This document shows, in pieces, positions 1 to 14,800 of a stretch of 36,239 bases of DNA. The position numbers and the translations under genes were made by a program. Numbering within the stretch: the first letter of the stretch is position 1; every line of letters begins with the position of its first letter. Source of the DNA: Bugula neritina (taxonomy: Eukaryota; Animalia; Bryozoa); assembly GCA_964035545.1 (NCBI GenBank), contig CAXIUT010000022.1:1-36239 (forward strand), in the 5' to 3' direction. The notes below the pieces were generated by a model. The model was not told the DNA's origin. It ran no database searches and saw nothing but the letters and a program-made list of their open reading frames with translations.

Positions 1-117
1 CCCAACCCCAACCCCAACCCCAACCCAACCCCAAACCCCAACCCCAACCCCAACCCCAACCCCAACCCCAACCCCAACCCCAACCCCAACCCCAACCCCA
101 ACCCCAACCCCAACCCC
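1..117 (+). repeat. Left telomere, (CCCCAA)n
   Basis: Tandem C4A2 from base 1, with two slightly variant units near 21-40. This is the Tetrahymena-type ciliate telomere repeat. Confidence 0.98.
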
Positions 118-124
118 TCTATTT

Positions 125-1539
125 TAATAATAAATATCGAATTATTGTCCATAAAATTTGCTACTGAAGATATCAAATATCATCATCACTATAAGCATAA
201 TCTGGACTCTTTGGCTATCATATGGTTTTTAGGGCTATTCTTGATCTTTTGGCTATTCTTTCTTCATCTTTTACTCCTGTTTCATTTCTACATCCAATTC
301 TACATCCATTTCTGTTCTTTTTTGTCCAGTTTCATATTTCTACCTTTGCTGTGCTTCATACAAGCTCAATTTTTCGGCCTCACTGATATTTCTTCGAAAA
401 GCTTCAGAATCTTCAGAATAATAATTCATCATAGGATCCATTAAAAGATTTATGTCAAGATATTATTCAGAAAAAAAAAATTACCCTTATTGAGATATAT
501 CATCTCTTTCGACTATTTCTTCTCTGCAATCATCATCCACATCAATCACATTCACAGACTGAGGACGTTTTGTAGGCTTTTTGATAGGTATTTGCTTACT
601 TTTCTCCAAATTTATTTAGTTTGGAGCACCATTTTAAAGAATTATTTCATTTAAACCATAGGAGTCAAAGATACTCGAGATGCTCTTTTGTTCATGACCT
701 GTCCTCCAGCTTGCTTGTCTGAATCACTATTTTCAGATAGATTCTTCTTATTTTTTTGTATTGTTTTGACATATTACACAGATTGAGAGGAACTTTCAAT
801 ATTTATAACTCTTTTTTCACTAGATTTCGATGAAGGAGTTTTCTGTTTTTCTTTTTCTTGATGTTATTAGTTGATATTAGGAGTTTAATATTGCTAAAGC
901 TACTTGTTTTAATCTTTGACAATTGTTTTTGAATTGAATTTATCATTAGATATTTTCTTATTTTTCTACTAGTACTCTCTAGGCCCAATATTACTTCTTT
1001 CTAATGAATTCAAAAGGTAATTTTTATTTTTCGGTTCTGGTAGCAGACTCGATAAACTATTTTCTTTTTGATGGATCTTGAAGTTCTTCTTAAATTTTTG
1101 ATAGCTACATCATTTATTACTAAGACATATCCTCCAAAATATTAGTTCCTTTTTTTTAGATGATTTGGTTGTTATTTTCCTTGAAATCTTAGAACTAAAT
1201 ATGTGTTTAATTGAGGTTCTAAGGATTTTGGTTCCTTACATGGTCAACTTAGTCAATCATTTGTTCAATTTTGCGACTACCAGTGACATCCATAGACTAA
1301 TTTAGGGCATTCTGCATGATTTGGTTATCTATTTCTTGCAGTTCTTCCTCTTTTTCGATATTTTCTACGATTTAAAGGAGGTTATCAGGATCATCATATG
1401 CGCCTATTCTTAATTCTAACAGTTCATACCTTTGGCTGCCGTTTTCTTGAAGAGGTGCATCATGTTCGTTGTCTGTCACTCGTGAGGCTATCAGAGATGA
1501 ACTACTGCTGTTGCTTCTTTGTTCATTAGGTTGACTCAT
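125..1539 (-). CDS. Hypothetical acidic low-complexity protein; frameshifted, 3' end uncertain
   Basis: ATG at 1539 ([15 protein letters not shown]...). E/K/Q-rich frames run toward the telomere with TAR=Glu. Apparent homopolymer indels and possible 21-nt introns blur the exact structure. Confidence 0.5.
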
Positions 1540-1720
1540 TGCAATTATAAAATGCTAAATAGAGTGTTATATAATTTGCACTTCTATTATATTGACAACA
1601 TTCTAATAATTATTTAAGAGATGTTAAAGAAGAGTCAGCTATTTATTAAGAGTCTCTATCAGTATAAATAGAATAGGTCTTTAATATGTTATAATAGTTG
1701 ATAATTGATTTATGATTGTA

Positions 1721-2927
1721 TCATTAATTCAGATGTGAGAAGGGAATGATGATCTTTCTCCATCCTTGATGATTCTTTGGTAAATGTCTAGATATCATCT
1801 AAGCTAACCAAACTATATTTCTGATTTCCTTAATCAATAAAAAGTACTTGCTACTTTAATTTTATGTAGGCATAAAATACTGCCACTTGGTTGCATTGGT
1901 CAAAAGCCAAAGCATATCTCTTGCATTCCTCATCATACATGATATCATCCAATGATTTTCTGGTTTACTGAAAAGTCTTCCTTCTTTGAAGGGTCAGGTG
2001 ACTCGTTAATCAACTCGGCATAGCCCTGGCACTCCCTTTATAGCTTCTTTCAATGATCTAAGGTTGTAGCATTGAGGAGTGATGTTTTGCAGTCAGGATA
2101 TAAATATCCCAAAGCTGGACATAGTTTTTTACGGGCCTAAAGAATCTTAGCAGTTGTGTTGAGTTCCCTGTTTCCAATGGAGTTATAGATAACTTGAATG
2201 GTTTTGAAGTCTGCCTCGAAATTGATGAGGTCTAACATCATCTCAGTTGAAGTTGGATTGAGATACTTTGTAGTGAATTGAGCAAAGTCTTCAAGCCACA
2301 ACTTTTTTAGTGATGTTCTGATGTATTCAGGTTTTAGTTCTTTGAATAAGTTTTGAACTTCATTCATTGTTCTTGAATCACCTCCTTCTTTAGTCATTTC
2401 TTCTTCCAAGAACCTCATGAAGTAAGGTCCAACAGGAGTATCAATAAGGACATCTCTGTATAGTCCTGAGTAGTCATCTCCTTCAAGCACTTTGATATTT
2501 CTCATTTAAGGGAAGTATCCTAGAGGATCAATATTATTCATGAGTAGTTCGATATCAACTTTATTCTTCAAGCCTTCGATGATGTTGACGACATTGTCAA
2601 GTTGGTAGCGAATGGCGATCATATCCAAGAAATCAACTAACATTCCTGTTGAATTTGACTCGATATATTCAATTTCGTCAGCCAATTTCTTTTTCAATTT
2701 TGACCGCATTAAGGAGACGGAAATGTTGGGATTATCTAGCAATAGATAGGCACCATAATCTGTGTCTTAGAGGAACTGGGTAAGCAATAAGGTACGGATT
2801 TAAGTTAGTCGAGGGTACTGCAATTTTTTATTTGGGTGTATTGCTGTTCATTAAAGAATGAGGAACGGAAACCGCGGACGATACCTTCGGCGTATCCGTT
2901 CTAAATGGCGAATGTTGACATCTACAT
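1721..2927 (-). CDS. VMA6: V-type proton ATPase V0 subunit d
   Basis: MEMSTFAIENGYAEGIVRG...LDELKSFLEDTDYG...IDPLGYFP...VLIDTP...FEADFKTIQVIYNS...LGYLYP...[22 protein letters not shown]. Introns at 2776-2795 and 1829-1847. About 3 single-base indels in 1955-2060. Confidence 0.95.
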
Positions 2928-3053
2928 CGCAGATATTATGGTCAGAAAATGAATTATCTAATTACAATCTCATTATTTATCAACTCATATCAATTGAATC
3001 CTAATATTCAAAATAAGAAACTTCTTAAATGATAAATCATTAAAAACTTAAAA

Positions 3054-4890
3054 TCAGGTGTTGAGAATTAGAAATGATACCATGTTCATGTTATCAGTGC
3101 CGACTCCTAAAACTTTTTATTTTCATCACCTAAACAGCTACTTTACCACTTTGCTCAGGATCGAATTATTTCATTGCCATATCTGTGAAATATTCCTGTA
3201 GTTCTTGTTCTTCTTGGTCAAACAATTTATGTAAACTATTGCCTATCATCAAAGATATTTGGTGTTTAGAAAGAAAACCATTATCAAAAGAACTGATTCC
3301 TTTCAGAATAGCTGTTAGCTTCTATTACGGAGTTTTTCTTAAACTGATACTTATAATTTTAATGAATTGCTACCAACTGATAAAATCTCCAAAATGACAT
3401 ATACCTTTAATTAGTTCATCACCTGGATTCATATCAAGACCCTTAAGACCTACTTAGAAAGTCTATCTATCGATGCCTTTTTAACGAATTTCTGAAAGGG
3501 TTTTATTTGTTGGATCACGCATGACTGCTATTTTTTCAAAAGATTTGTAGAGGTTGTAAAGGTTATATAACTAAAATCGATTTAAACCGTATTTTTATAT
3601 CAAATAAGGTATATTTTGAGTCGCTAATAGAGTATTTTTTTGTTGAAGATGATTTAACATATCTTTTTTAGTTCTAGGAGCATCTAATACATGGCTAACT
3701 TTTGTTTATTTACCTTATTATCTGCGAACTTGTTCCATCATTAATTCTATTCTTTGAGGAATGTATTTATGACGATTGTTAGTGATAGGTAGTTATTCTA
3801 CTTTATCGCTTGCCATTGCTAATAACCTTTTATTGATAATTTATTTTGGGTAATGAGATTTAGATTAGAATAAAAGGTTTTTATCGGTTGTTTTTTGAGG
3901 ACTAGATGGTATAAATTTTTATTGATACCAGTTTATTAATTAAGGTTAGTTGTCTTAGCGAGTATTTAGTTTAAATTAAGGATTTGTTGATATTTTTTAT
4001 ACATATTCTTTTACATTTTTTATCCTTTGGTGATCATATTCTTAATAATCTTCATTTCCATTTTATTTCTGTAAAATACGATCTCTATTAACTGAACTTT
4101 GTAGGTTTTAAACCATTCTTTCATGTTTTTTAAGTATACTTTATATTTTTTATCCAAGATCGACGATTTTTCTTTCCAAATCTTGAGAATACTGCAATCT
4201 TGGAGAACTATCAACTACAATAACATTAATTTTCTCTAATCCAATATTTTTATATCCATTCAAAGCAGTACCTTTAGTAGTAAAATAATACAAATCTTTT
4301 TAATTTCTTTGATACTCTTTCATATCTTTTTTAACTTTACAACTAATTTCTTTAAAGTCATGTTCATGTATACTTTTACAATTTCTACAATATTCGACAA
4401 ACATATGATTAAATCGAAATCTTAATCCTAATCTTCTAACACTAACGACAGCAATGATTCTTTGTCCTTTTTTATAGGCCTATCCTATCTTTTTTATCAA
4501 TTCTGGAGTATCTATGCCGAAATTATTGGCTGGAATTTACATTTGTTGTTGATTGGAGTTGATATAAACGAAGGGTTGTAATTTTTTATCTGTTTGAAGA
4601 GTACTACAACTGGCAGTCGATATTGCTCGTCCTTTTTATTTACAATTGAATCCGTTTTTTATTTTGAAATTTGATGAGGATCGGGATTTGCACTACAGTC
4701 CTGTTAGGATACGTTTTTTTTAGCTATAAGATAGACTAGGACGAGAGTTTTATTATTAATATTGTGAAATTCTCAGATTTCTTTGGGTTAGCCACTACCA
4801 TTTGGTGACTTGTTCTTACTTGGATGGTCCATGGATGAGAACAAAACCTGTTTGGCTTTTATAGTGGGAATCATTCTTTTGATTTGTCAT
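3054..4890 (-). CDS. Coiled-coil protein with a C-terminal calcineurin-B/recoverin-like EF-hand region
   Basis: ATG at 4890. C-terminus reads ...ISWEQFIKIISISLRKTPEEKLTAILKGISSFDNGFLSKHQI...MKEFDPEQSGKVAVE... then TGA at 3054-3056. The middle was not fully frame-checked. Confidence 0.6.
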
Positions 4891-5047
4891 GATGAGTAAG
4901 TTAAAATTATTATTATTAGGTTGATTTAATGAAATAGAAAATAATATAAGTGATTATCTTTTAAGATTTATATTAAGTTGTATATTTTGAGGAGATTAAG
5001 TAGGTTTTGAATTTGAATAGATATATAACAATAAATTATATAACTTC

Positions 5048-5816
5048 ATGTCATTCAATAATGAAAGTAGCAACAGTACACCATTTAATATAAAGCTTCA
5101 CCTTTTTCACTGATAAAATATGAAGCAGAAATAGAAATCAGTGATAATGTAGAATAATATGAAAAAGCTAAACATAATCAAAAAGTATTAGATTCAAAAC
5201 CCAGTCCTGAAGGTATCTATCTTCTCAAATAGATGTACTCAATAACATGATCATCCCCAGAGATTGGAAATCAAGTGATTCCAAACATTATATGCAGTAT
5301 GTCTCTCACCAAAAAGCATAAAGAGATGATGTTGTTCGCCTTAAAGATTCTCTTGATAAAGCTTTATAGCATAGACAAGCCAGAACTGAAGGAATCTGTC
5401 CAATTAGAGAAGAATTATTCAGTCAATCTTTTGATTAAATTGTTAGACAAGTCACTATTAACTGTCCAGAAAGAGGACTGCTTCTCATGAGAGTTAGAGA
5501 TTAACATAAAATGACCTTAGCAGCCTATCAGACACTCTATCAGTCTTCAGTCAGTTATGGTATGTTGAAGTTACAATAATCTGAAGAAGGAATGGAAGAA
5601 TTGAATGACTATTTAAGTCAATGTAAGGAAGAAAGAGATCAGCTTGATATAAAAAAGACTGAGCTGATATCTAAAAAAGAATCTTTATAGAAGAAAATAA
5701 AAGAGAGGATGGACCAATAGGCTTTGGAAAGATAGGAAAATTTGATTCAAATTCAAGAACAATAAGCAGCATTAGGAAAGTTTCTAAGTTCTTTAAAAGA
5801 GTCCAAACCAGAATGA
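5048..5816 (+). CDS. DNALI1: Axonemal inner-arm dynein light chain p28
   Basis: RQARTEGICPIREELFSQSFDEIVRQVTINCPERGLLLMRVRDEHKMTLAAYQTLYQSSVSYGM, the p28 signature. 20-nt introns at 5076-5095 and 5213-5232. Confidence 0.95.
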
Positions 5817-5887
5817 TTATGATTTTATAACAATTGATATTATTCCATATTCAAATGGTTTCTAAGGAATTTACTAAAGCAGACCTA

Positions 5888-8800
5888 TCAGTTTCTGAAT
5901 GGTGCCAGGCTCGATCTTCTCACATCCTCTACTTCTCTCTCCTTGTCTTTGACTCTTTTGCGTAGAGATTCAATCTCAGCGAATAATACAACAAACAAAG
6001 ATAAATGTTCTTGGATTCGTTTAACCAGGGCAGCTTCATCACTAAATCTTAGTTTGATTTCTCCTAAATCTTCTTCTTTCTGTTCAACTAAAACACTCAA
6101 ACGATCAATTTCTTCATTAAGTACTTTAATCTTCATTTTATGATAGTTACCTTGTCTTAAGTGAAAGTGCTTCCTTTAACTTTCATTTCAAGTTCATAGG
6201 TGGATTGTTTAAGCATTTGATTTTATCTTCTGAGTTCTTGAATAATATTGTTGAGTTTATCGAATTATGACGATATTTTAGTGAATCTATATAAATGATG
6301 ATGTACTTAGTTTCATATTCAAGAAGTTTCTTTTTAGTTCCTTCGTTTTCAGTTTAAGAGCTGTTTGAAACATTTCTTAATCTTTGAATTTAAGCAGATA
6401 AAAGAATTATCTTCTCTTCATAATCTTGGCATTTAACTTTAAATAAGAGAGTTTCTTCAATTTTCTTTTTCAAATCTTAATTTTCATTGCAAGTAATTTT
6501 GAGTTCATTTGTTAGCTTGTTGATAGTACCTGATGATAATCTAAGATTTTATTGAACTCCTCTCATTTCATCTCCAAGAGCTACATTTTCAGATGTTAAT
6601 TTCTTTATTTTAAGGATATATGTTTCAGAATCTTTATTGCTTTCAATCATTTTGTTTTTAAATTCATTGAGTTATCTTTGTAATTTAGATTGAGTAGCAC
6701 TTGATAGTCTCAAAGACTATTGAGCTACTTTAACTTCTTCTCCAAGATTCATATTTTATGAAGACAATCGATTAATCTTTCCTTTTAGCGATTCGTTTTC
6801 TTGATTATTTTGATCGATTCTTTGTTTATATTCATTGATTTATTTAATCATTTTTGCATTTTGATTAGCTGATAGTCTTAAGTTCTATTGAGCTGCTCTC
6901 ATTTCTTCTTCATTAGCATAATTTTCATTCACTACTTTCTTTATTTTCTCTTGAAGAGATCCAATTGTCCTATTCATCTCATCAATATCATGCATTTTTT
7001 TGTTTAATACTGAAACTTCTTGATTTTTCTTTTCTACTACTGAATTAAGCCTTTCAATCTATTGAGAGAACATAGCTATTTTAGATTAGTATTAAGCAAT
7101 CTTTGAAGCACTGTGATCTTGACTAGTTCTTCTTACTTATTCAATTTGATATCTAAATTCATTTACTTATGAAGTTAATTTGCCGATTTGATTCTTAGAT
7201 AATCTCAAGTTCTACTGATGTTATTGAACTTATCCTCCAAGAGCTCTAATCTCACTATTCTTCTTTTAAATGATAGAATTAAATCTTTGAGATTAATCAG
7301 TCATTACTTGGGCTTTATTTTCAGAATCAAGCTTTAATCTTTTCCAAGCATTTTCAGTTTATCCAAGCTTTCTTTTAGTTTAATCGAGTTCTCCACAAAC
7401 TCCTTTGAACTATGCTTGAAGTTTAGAAAGAGTACCAGCTGATAATCTGAGATTTTCTTGAGATGATCTAACTTATTCACCCAAAGCATTGTTTTCTCCT
7501 GTTAATTTTTGTATTTTTTGTTTGTAAGTATCGACTTCTTGAGTAGTTTGACCATATCTGGCTCTGAATTCATTGAGCTCTTGATTTAGTTTATTAGCTT
7601 GAGCAGAAGAGAGTCTGAGATTTTCTTGATATTATTGAACTTATCCTCCAAGAGCTCTGATTTAGTTGTTTCTTTTTTCAACTAAAGTATTAAGTCTTTG
7701 ACATTAATCAGTCATCATTTGCATTTTACCTTCTGTTTAAGATCGATTTCTTTTGTTATTATTTTATGACTCAAGTACTCTTCTCTTTAATTCTTCGTTT
7801 TAAGCACAAACTAGCTTGAATTCGTTTTGAAGTTTGCTCATTTGTCCTGCTGAAAGTCTTAAATTTTCTTGAGCGTTCCTTACTTCATCATTCAAAGAAG
7901 TGTTTTATGAAAGGAGTTTATTGATTCTTTGTTTGTATGTTTCTGAATCTTTGTTGTTAACATCAATTCTGTTTTTGTAGTCATTGAGTTAGGCATTAAG
8001 TTTACTCATTTGATTTGCTGATAATCTCAAGTTTTATTGGGCATTTCTGACTTCTTCATCAAGACCTGCATTTTCTTTCAAAAGATTGTTCATTTTTTGT
8101 TTTATTGCATTATTCTATTGTTAGTTAGAAGCAATTCTATTTTTATACTCATTGAGTTACTGCACTATCTTGGCGTTTTGATTAGCTGAAAGCCTCAAAT
8201 TCTACTGAGCTTTGTTCATTTCATCTCCCATTCCAGTATTTTCATGGACAAGTCTAGTAATTTTCTAGTTAAGATTTCCAATAGTCTTATTCATACTATC
8301 AATTTCTGCTAGCTTTTTATTTAGGTTTCCAAGTTCAATATTTTTCTTTTCAAGAACTCCATTTAATCTTTCGATTTCTTGAGAAAGAATAGCAACTCTG
8401 TTCTCATACTAAGGAACTCTTTTTCCAGCGATTTAGTCTAGTTTCTTTTTCAACTCTTAGTTGTCATGACAAGCTACCTTCAGCTCATTCTGTAACTTAC
8501 CCATAGTCCCTGCTGAAAGTCTTAAGTTTTCTTGTGCAGTTCTGATTTATTCTCCAAGAGCAGTGTTCTCACCAAGTAGTTTTTGAAGCCTTTGTTTATA
8601 GGTTTGTGTCTATTAGTTACTTTGACCAAGTCTGCTTTTGAACTCATTGATTTCAGAAGCCATCTTTGAAGTATGAGCACTTGATAGTCTCATAGCCTAT
8701 TCATGTTATTGAACTTGTCCTCCAAGAGCTCTGATTTCACTGTTCTTTTTTTCTGTTATCGAGTTAAGTCTTTCACACTCCTGAGTTAGAATTTTGATTC

Positions 8801-11800
8801 TGTTTTCGGATTCAGATCCAACTCTCTTTAGTTGATTTTCAAGTTCTTGAATTCTTTTCTTAAACTCTTCATTCTGAGAAGCCATACTCTCATATTCTCC
8901 TCTAAGACGACCTATCTGTCCAGTAGAAAGTCTGAGATTTTATTGAGAAGTTCTCACTTATTATCCAAGACTTGAAGTTTAAGCAAGTAGTTTTTGAATT
9001 CTATTCTTGTAAGCTTCAGATTATTGAGTAGTATTTCCAAGTCTATTTTTATATTCATTGATTTCATTTGATAGTTTAGTAGTTTGAGCAGAAGAAAGTC
9101 TCAAACTCTCTTGATATTATTGAACCTAACCTCCAAGAGCTCTAATCTCATTATTTCTCTTCTAAACTAATCCATTAAGTCTTTCACACTACTGACTCAA
9201 TAAAGCGATCTTACTCTAATGTTAGGCTTTAAGTCTTTTCCAAGCATTTTCAGTCTATCCAAGTTTTCTTTTGGTTTCATCAAGTTCACCACACACTCCT
9301 TTGAATTATCCTTGAAGTTTGTTTAAAGTTCCAGCTGAGAGTCTAAGATTTTCTTGAGATGATCGAACTTACTCACCCAAAGCAGTATTTTAACCAGTTA
9401 ACTTTTGGATTCTTTGTTTATAAGTATCAACTTATTGAGTACTTTGTCCATATCTAGACCTATATTCATTGAGTTAGTTTGATAGTTTAGTAGCTTGAGC
9501 TGCTGATAGTCTTAAGTTTTCTTGATATTCTTGAACTTAACCTCCTAACGATCTGATTTAATTATTTCTCTTCTAAACTAATGTGTTGAGTCTTTCACAC
9601 TCTTGAGCTAACATTGCAATTCTTTCTTCACTTTCAGCTTTCAATCTTTTCCAAGCATTTTCAGTTTATCCAAGCTTTCTTTTAGTTTAATCGAGTTCTC
9701 CACAAACTCCTTTGAACTATGCTTGAAGTTTAGAAAGAGTACCAGCTGATAATCTGAGATTTTCTTGAGATGATCTAACTTATTCACCCAAAGCATTGTT
9801 TTCTCCTGTTAATTTTTGTATTTTTTGTTTGTAAGTATCGACTTCTTGAGTAGTTTGACCATATCTGGCTCTGAATTCATTGAGCTCTTGATTTAGTTTA
9901 TTAGCTTGAGCAGAAGAGAGTCTGAGATTTTCTTGATATTATTGAACTTATCCTCCAAGAGCTCTGATTTAGTTGTTTCTTTTTTCAACTAAAGTATTAA
10001 GTCTTTGACATTAATCAGTCATCATTTGCATTTTACCTTCTGTTTAAGATCGATTTCTTTTGTTATTATTTTATGACTCAAGTACTCTTCTCTTTAATTC
10101 TTCGTTTTAAGCACAAACTAGCTTGAATTCGTTTTGAAGTTTGCTCATTTGTCCTGCTGAAAGTCTTAAATTTTCTTGAGCGTTCCTTACTTCATCATTC
10201 AAAGAAGTGTTTTATGAAAGGAGTTTATTGATTCTTTGTTTGTATGTTTCTGAATCTTTGTTGTTAACATCAATTCTGTTTTTGTAGTCATTGAGTTAGG
10301 CATTAAGTTTACTCATTTGATTTGCTGATAATCTCAAGTTTTATTGGGCATTTCTGACTTCTTCATCAAGACCTGCATTTTCTTTCAAAAGATTGTTCAT
10401 TTTTTGTTTTATTGCATTATTCTATTGTTAGTTAGAAGCAATTCTATTTTTATACTCATTGAGTTACTGCACTATCTTGGCGTTTTGATTAGCTGAAAGC
10501 CTCAAATTCTACTGAGCTTTGTTCATTTCATCTCCCATTCCAGTATTTTCATGGACAAGTCTAGTAATTTTCTAGTTAAGATTTCCAATAGTCTTATTCA
10601 TACTATCAATTTCTGCTAGCTTTTTATTTAGGTTTCCAAGTTCAATATTTTTCTTTTCAAGAACTCCATTTAATCTTTCGATTTCTTGAGAAAGAATAGC
10701 AACTCTGTTCTCATACTAAGGAACTCTTTTTCCAGCGATTTAGTCTAGTTTCTTTTTCAACTCTTAGTTGTCATGACAAGCTACCTTCAGCTCATTCTGT
10801 AACTTACCCATAGTCCCTGCTGAAAGTCTTAAGTTTTCTTGTGCAGTTCTGATTTATTCTCCAAGAGCAGTGTTCTCACCAAGTAGTTTTTGAAGCCTTT
10901 GTTTATAGGTTTGTGTCTATTAGTTACTTTGACCAAGTCTGCTTTTGAACTCATTGATTTCAGAAGCCATCTTTGAAGTATGAGCACTTGATAGTCTCAT
11001 AGCCTATTCATGTTATTGAACTTGTCCTCCAAGAGCTCTGATTTCACTGTTCTTTTTTTCTGTTATCGAGTTAAGTCTTTCACACTCCTGAGTTAGAATT
11101 TTGATTCTGTTTTCGGATTCAGATCCAACTCTCTTTAGTTGATTTTCAAGTTCTTGAATTCTTTTCTTAAACTCTTCATTCTGAGAAGCCATACTCTCAT
11201 ATTCTCCTCTAAGACGACCTATCTGTCCAGTAGAAAGTCTGAGATTTTATTGAGAAGTTCTCACTTATTATCCAAGACTTGAAGTTTAAGCAAGTAGTTT
11301 TTGAATTCTATTCTTGTAAGCTTCAGATTATTGAGTAGTATTTCCAAGTCTATTTTTATATTCATTGATTTCATTTGATAGTTTAGTAGTTTGAGCAGAA
11401 GAAAGTCTCAAACTCTCTTGATATTATTGAACCTAACCTCCAAGAGCTCTAATCTCATTATTTCTCTTCTAAACTAATCCATTAAGTCTTTCACACTACT
11501 GACTCAATAAAGCGATCTTACTCTAATGTTAGGCTTTAAGTCTTTTCCAAGCATTTTCAGTCTATCCAAGTTTTCTTTTGGTTTCATCAAGTTCACCACA
11601 CACTCCTTTGAATTATCCTTGAAGTTTGTTTAAAGTTCCAGCTGAGAGTCTAAGATTTTCTTGAGATGATCGAACTTACTCACCCAAAGCAGTATTTTAA
11701 CCAGTTAACTTTTGGATTCTTTGTTTATAAGTATCAACTTATTGAGTACTTTGTCCATATCTAGACCTATATTCATTGAGTTAGTTTGATAGTTTAGTAG

Positions 11801-14800
11801 CTTGAGCTGCTGATAGTCTTAAGTTTTCTTGATATTCTTGAACTTAACCTCCTAACGATCTGATTTAATTATTTCTCTTCTAAACTAATGTGTTGAGTCT
11901 TTCACACTCTTGAGCTAACATTGCAATTCTTTCTTCACTTTCAGCTTTCAATCTTTTCCAAGCATTTTCAGTTTATCCAAGCTTTCTTTTAGTTTAATCG
12001 AGTTCTCCACAGACACCTTTGAATTATCCTTGAAGTTTGTTTAAAGTTCCAGCTGATAGTCTAAGATTTTCTTGAGATGTTCTGACCTATTATCCTAAGG
12101 CTGTATTTTATCCCATCAGTTTCTGAATTCTCTGTTTGTAGGTATCGACTTCTTGAGTAGTTTGACCATATCTGGCTCTGAATTCATTGAGCTCTTGATT
12201 TAGTTTATTAGCTTGAGCAGAAGAGAGTCTTAAGTTTTCTTGATATTCTTGAACTTATCCTCCAAGTGATCTGATTTAATTATTTTTCTTTTCTATCAAT
12301 GAATTAAGTCTTTCACACTACTGACTCAATAAAGCGATCTTACTCTAATGTTAGGCTTTAAGTCTTTTCCAAGCATTTTCAGTCTACCCAAGCTTATTTT
12401 TGGTTTCATCAAGTTCACCACACACTCCTTTGAATTATCCTTGAAGTTTGTTTAAAGTTCCAGCTGATAGTCTCAGATTTTCTTGAGAAGTTCTTACTTA
12501 TTATCCTAAAGCAGAATTCTCGCCCATAAGTTTCTGTATTCTTTGCTTGTAGGTATCAGCTTATTGAGTACTTTGTCCATATCTAGACCTATATTCATTG
12601 AGTTAGTTTGATAGTTTAGTAGCTTGAGCTGCTGATAGTCTTAAGTTTTCTTGGTATTCTTGAACTTAACCTCCTAAAGATCTTATTTAATTATTTCTTT
12701 TTTCTACCAATGAGTTTAGTCTTTAGCATTATTGAGCAAGCATTGCAATTCTATCTTCATTTTCTGCTTTAAGTCTTTTCCAAGCATTTTCAGTTTATCC
12801 AAGTTTTCTTTTAGTCTAGTCAAGCTATACACAGACACCTTTGAATTATCCTTGAAGTTTGTTTAAAGTTCCAGCAGATAATCTGAGATTCTCTTGAGAT
12901 GTTCTAACTTATTATCCTAAAGCTGTATTTTATCCCATCAGTTTCTGAATTCTCTGTTTGTAGGTATCAACTTCTTGAGTAGTTTGACCATATCTGGCTC
13001 TGAATTCATTGAGCTCTTGATTTAGTTTATTAGCTTGAGCAGAAGAGAGTCTTAAGTTTTCTTGATATTCTTGAACTTATCCTCCAAGTGATCTGATTTA
13101 ATTATTTTTCTTTTCTATCAATGAATTAAGTCTTTCACACTACTGACTCAATAAAGCGATCTTACTCTAATGTTAGGCTTTAAGTCTTTTCCAAGCATTT
13201 TCAGTCTACCCAAGCTTATTTTTGGTTTCATCAAGTTCACCACACACTCCTTTGAATTATCCTTGAAGTTTGTTTAAAGTTCCAGCTGATAGTCTGAGAT
13301 TCTCTTGAGAAGTTCTTACTTATTATCCTAAAGCAGAATTCTCGCCCATAAGTTTCTGTATTCTTTGCTTGTAGGTATCAGCTTATTGAGTACTTTGTCC
13401 ATATCTAGACCTATATTCATTGAGTTAGTTTGATAACTTAGTAGCTTGAGCTGCTGATAGTCTTAAGTTTTCTTGGTATTCTTGAACTTAACCTCCTAAA
13501 GATCTTATTTAATTATTTCTTTTTTCTACCAATGAGTTTAGTCTTTAGCATTATTGAGCAAGCATTGCAATTCTTTCTTCATTTTCTGCTTTAAGTCTTT
13601 TCCAAGCATTTTCAGTTTATCCAAGTTTTCTTTTAGTCTAGTCAAGCTATCCACAGACACCTTTGAATTATCCTTGAAGTTTGTTTAAAGTTCCAGCAGA
13701 TAATCTGAGATTCTCTTGAGATGTTCTGACCTATTAACCTAAAGCAGAATTCTCACCCATAAGCTTTTGTATTCTTTGCTTATATGTGTCAGCTTCTTGA
13801 GAAGTTTGTCCATATCTTGATCTATATTAGTTGAGTTAATTTGAAAATTTGGTAACTTGTGCAGAGGAAAGTCTTAAGTTTTCTTGATATTCTTGAACCT
13901 ATCCTCCTAAAGATCTGATCTCGTTATTTTTCTTTTCTATTAATGAATTTAATCTTTCACACTACTGACTCAGTAAAGCGATCTTACTTTAGTTTTCAGA
14001 TCTATATCTTTTCCAAGCATTTTCAGTCTACCCGAGCCTGCTTTTAGTTTAATCAAGTTCACCACAAACTCCTTTGAATTATCCTTGAAGTTTGTTTAAA
14101 GTTCCAGCTGATAGTCTGAGATTCTCTTGAGAAGTTCTTACTTATTAGCCTAAAGCAGAATTCTCGCCCATAAGTTTCTGTATTCTTTGCTTATATGTGT
14201 CAGCTTATTGAGTACTTTGTCCATATCTTGATCTAAATTCATTGAGTTAGTTTGAAAGTTTCGTAGCCTGGGCAGAGGAGAGTCTTAAGTTTTATTGATA
14301 TTATTGAACTTATCCTCCTAAAGATCTTATTTAATTATTTCTTTTTTCTACCAATAAATTAAGTCTTTGACATTAATCAGTCATCATTTACATTTTTCCT
14401 TCTGTTTCAAATTTATATTTTTTAAAGGCCATTTAAATTTAAGTTTTTAATCTTTTTGATTAATCAAGTTCTCCACTGAAATTTCTGATTTAATCATTTG
14501 AAAGTCTTATTTTTTATTGCCCATTTCTTAACTCTGATTGTAATTCTTTATTTTATTCTATGGAATTTCTTAATTTTTAGCTTAGATTTTTCAATTGTCT
14601 TCCAGCAGTTTATCCTTCAACACTTTTCTCTTGTAGAGATTGAATTTATCTATTTTTATTTACAATAATATTATTAAGTCTTTCAATTTATCTTGTAGCT
14701 ATTTCAACTTTATATTCTAATTAATTAGCTTTAATAGCAGTTTACCCTAATTCTGCAATTTTTCTTTTTATATTTTAATTTTATAATCTTAGACTGTTTT

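Noticed and set aside
1950-2065. Programmed ribosomal frameshifting or pseudogenisation in V-ATPase d (also indels near 16650, 35720-35860 and 125-1400)
   Set aside because: The indels are scattered, of mixed sign and mostly at homopolymers in conserved genes, which fits long-read error best. Euplotes-type AAA-TAR frameshifting does not apply because TAR is sense here.
5048-5816. UAR=Gln code, or split UAA=Lys/UAG=Glu code
   Set aside because: TAA occupies invariant Glu positions (FDE, VRDE in p28; KxEE in cyclin L).
7336-14400. CRISPR array or mobile element
   Set aside because: The repeats are in-frame coding units of one protein, with no spacers, terminal inverted repeats or transposase.
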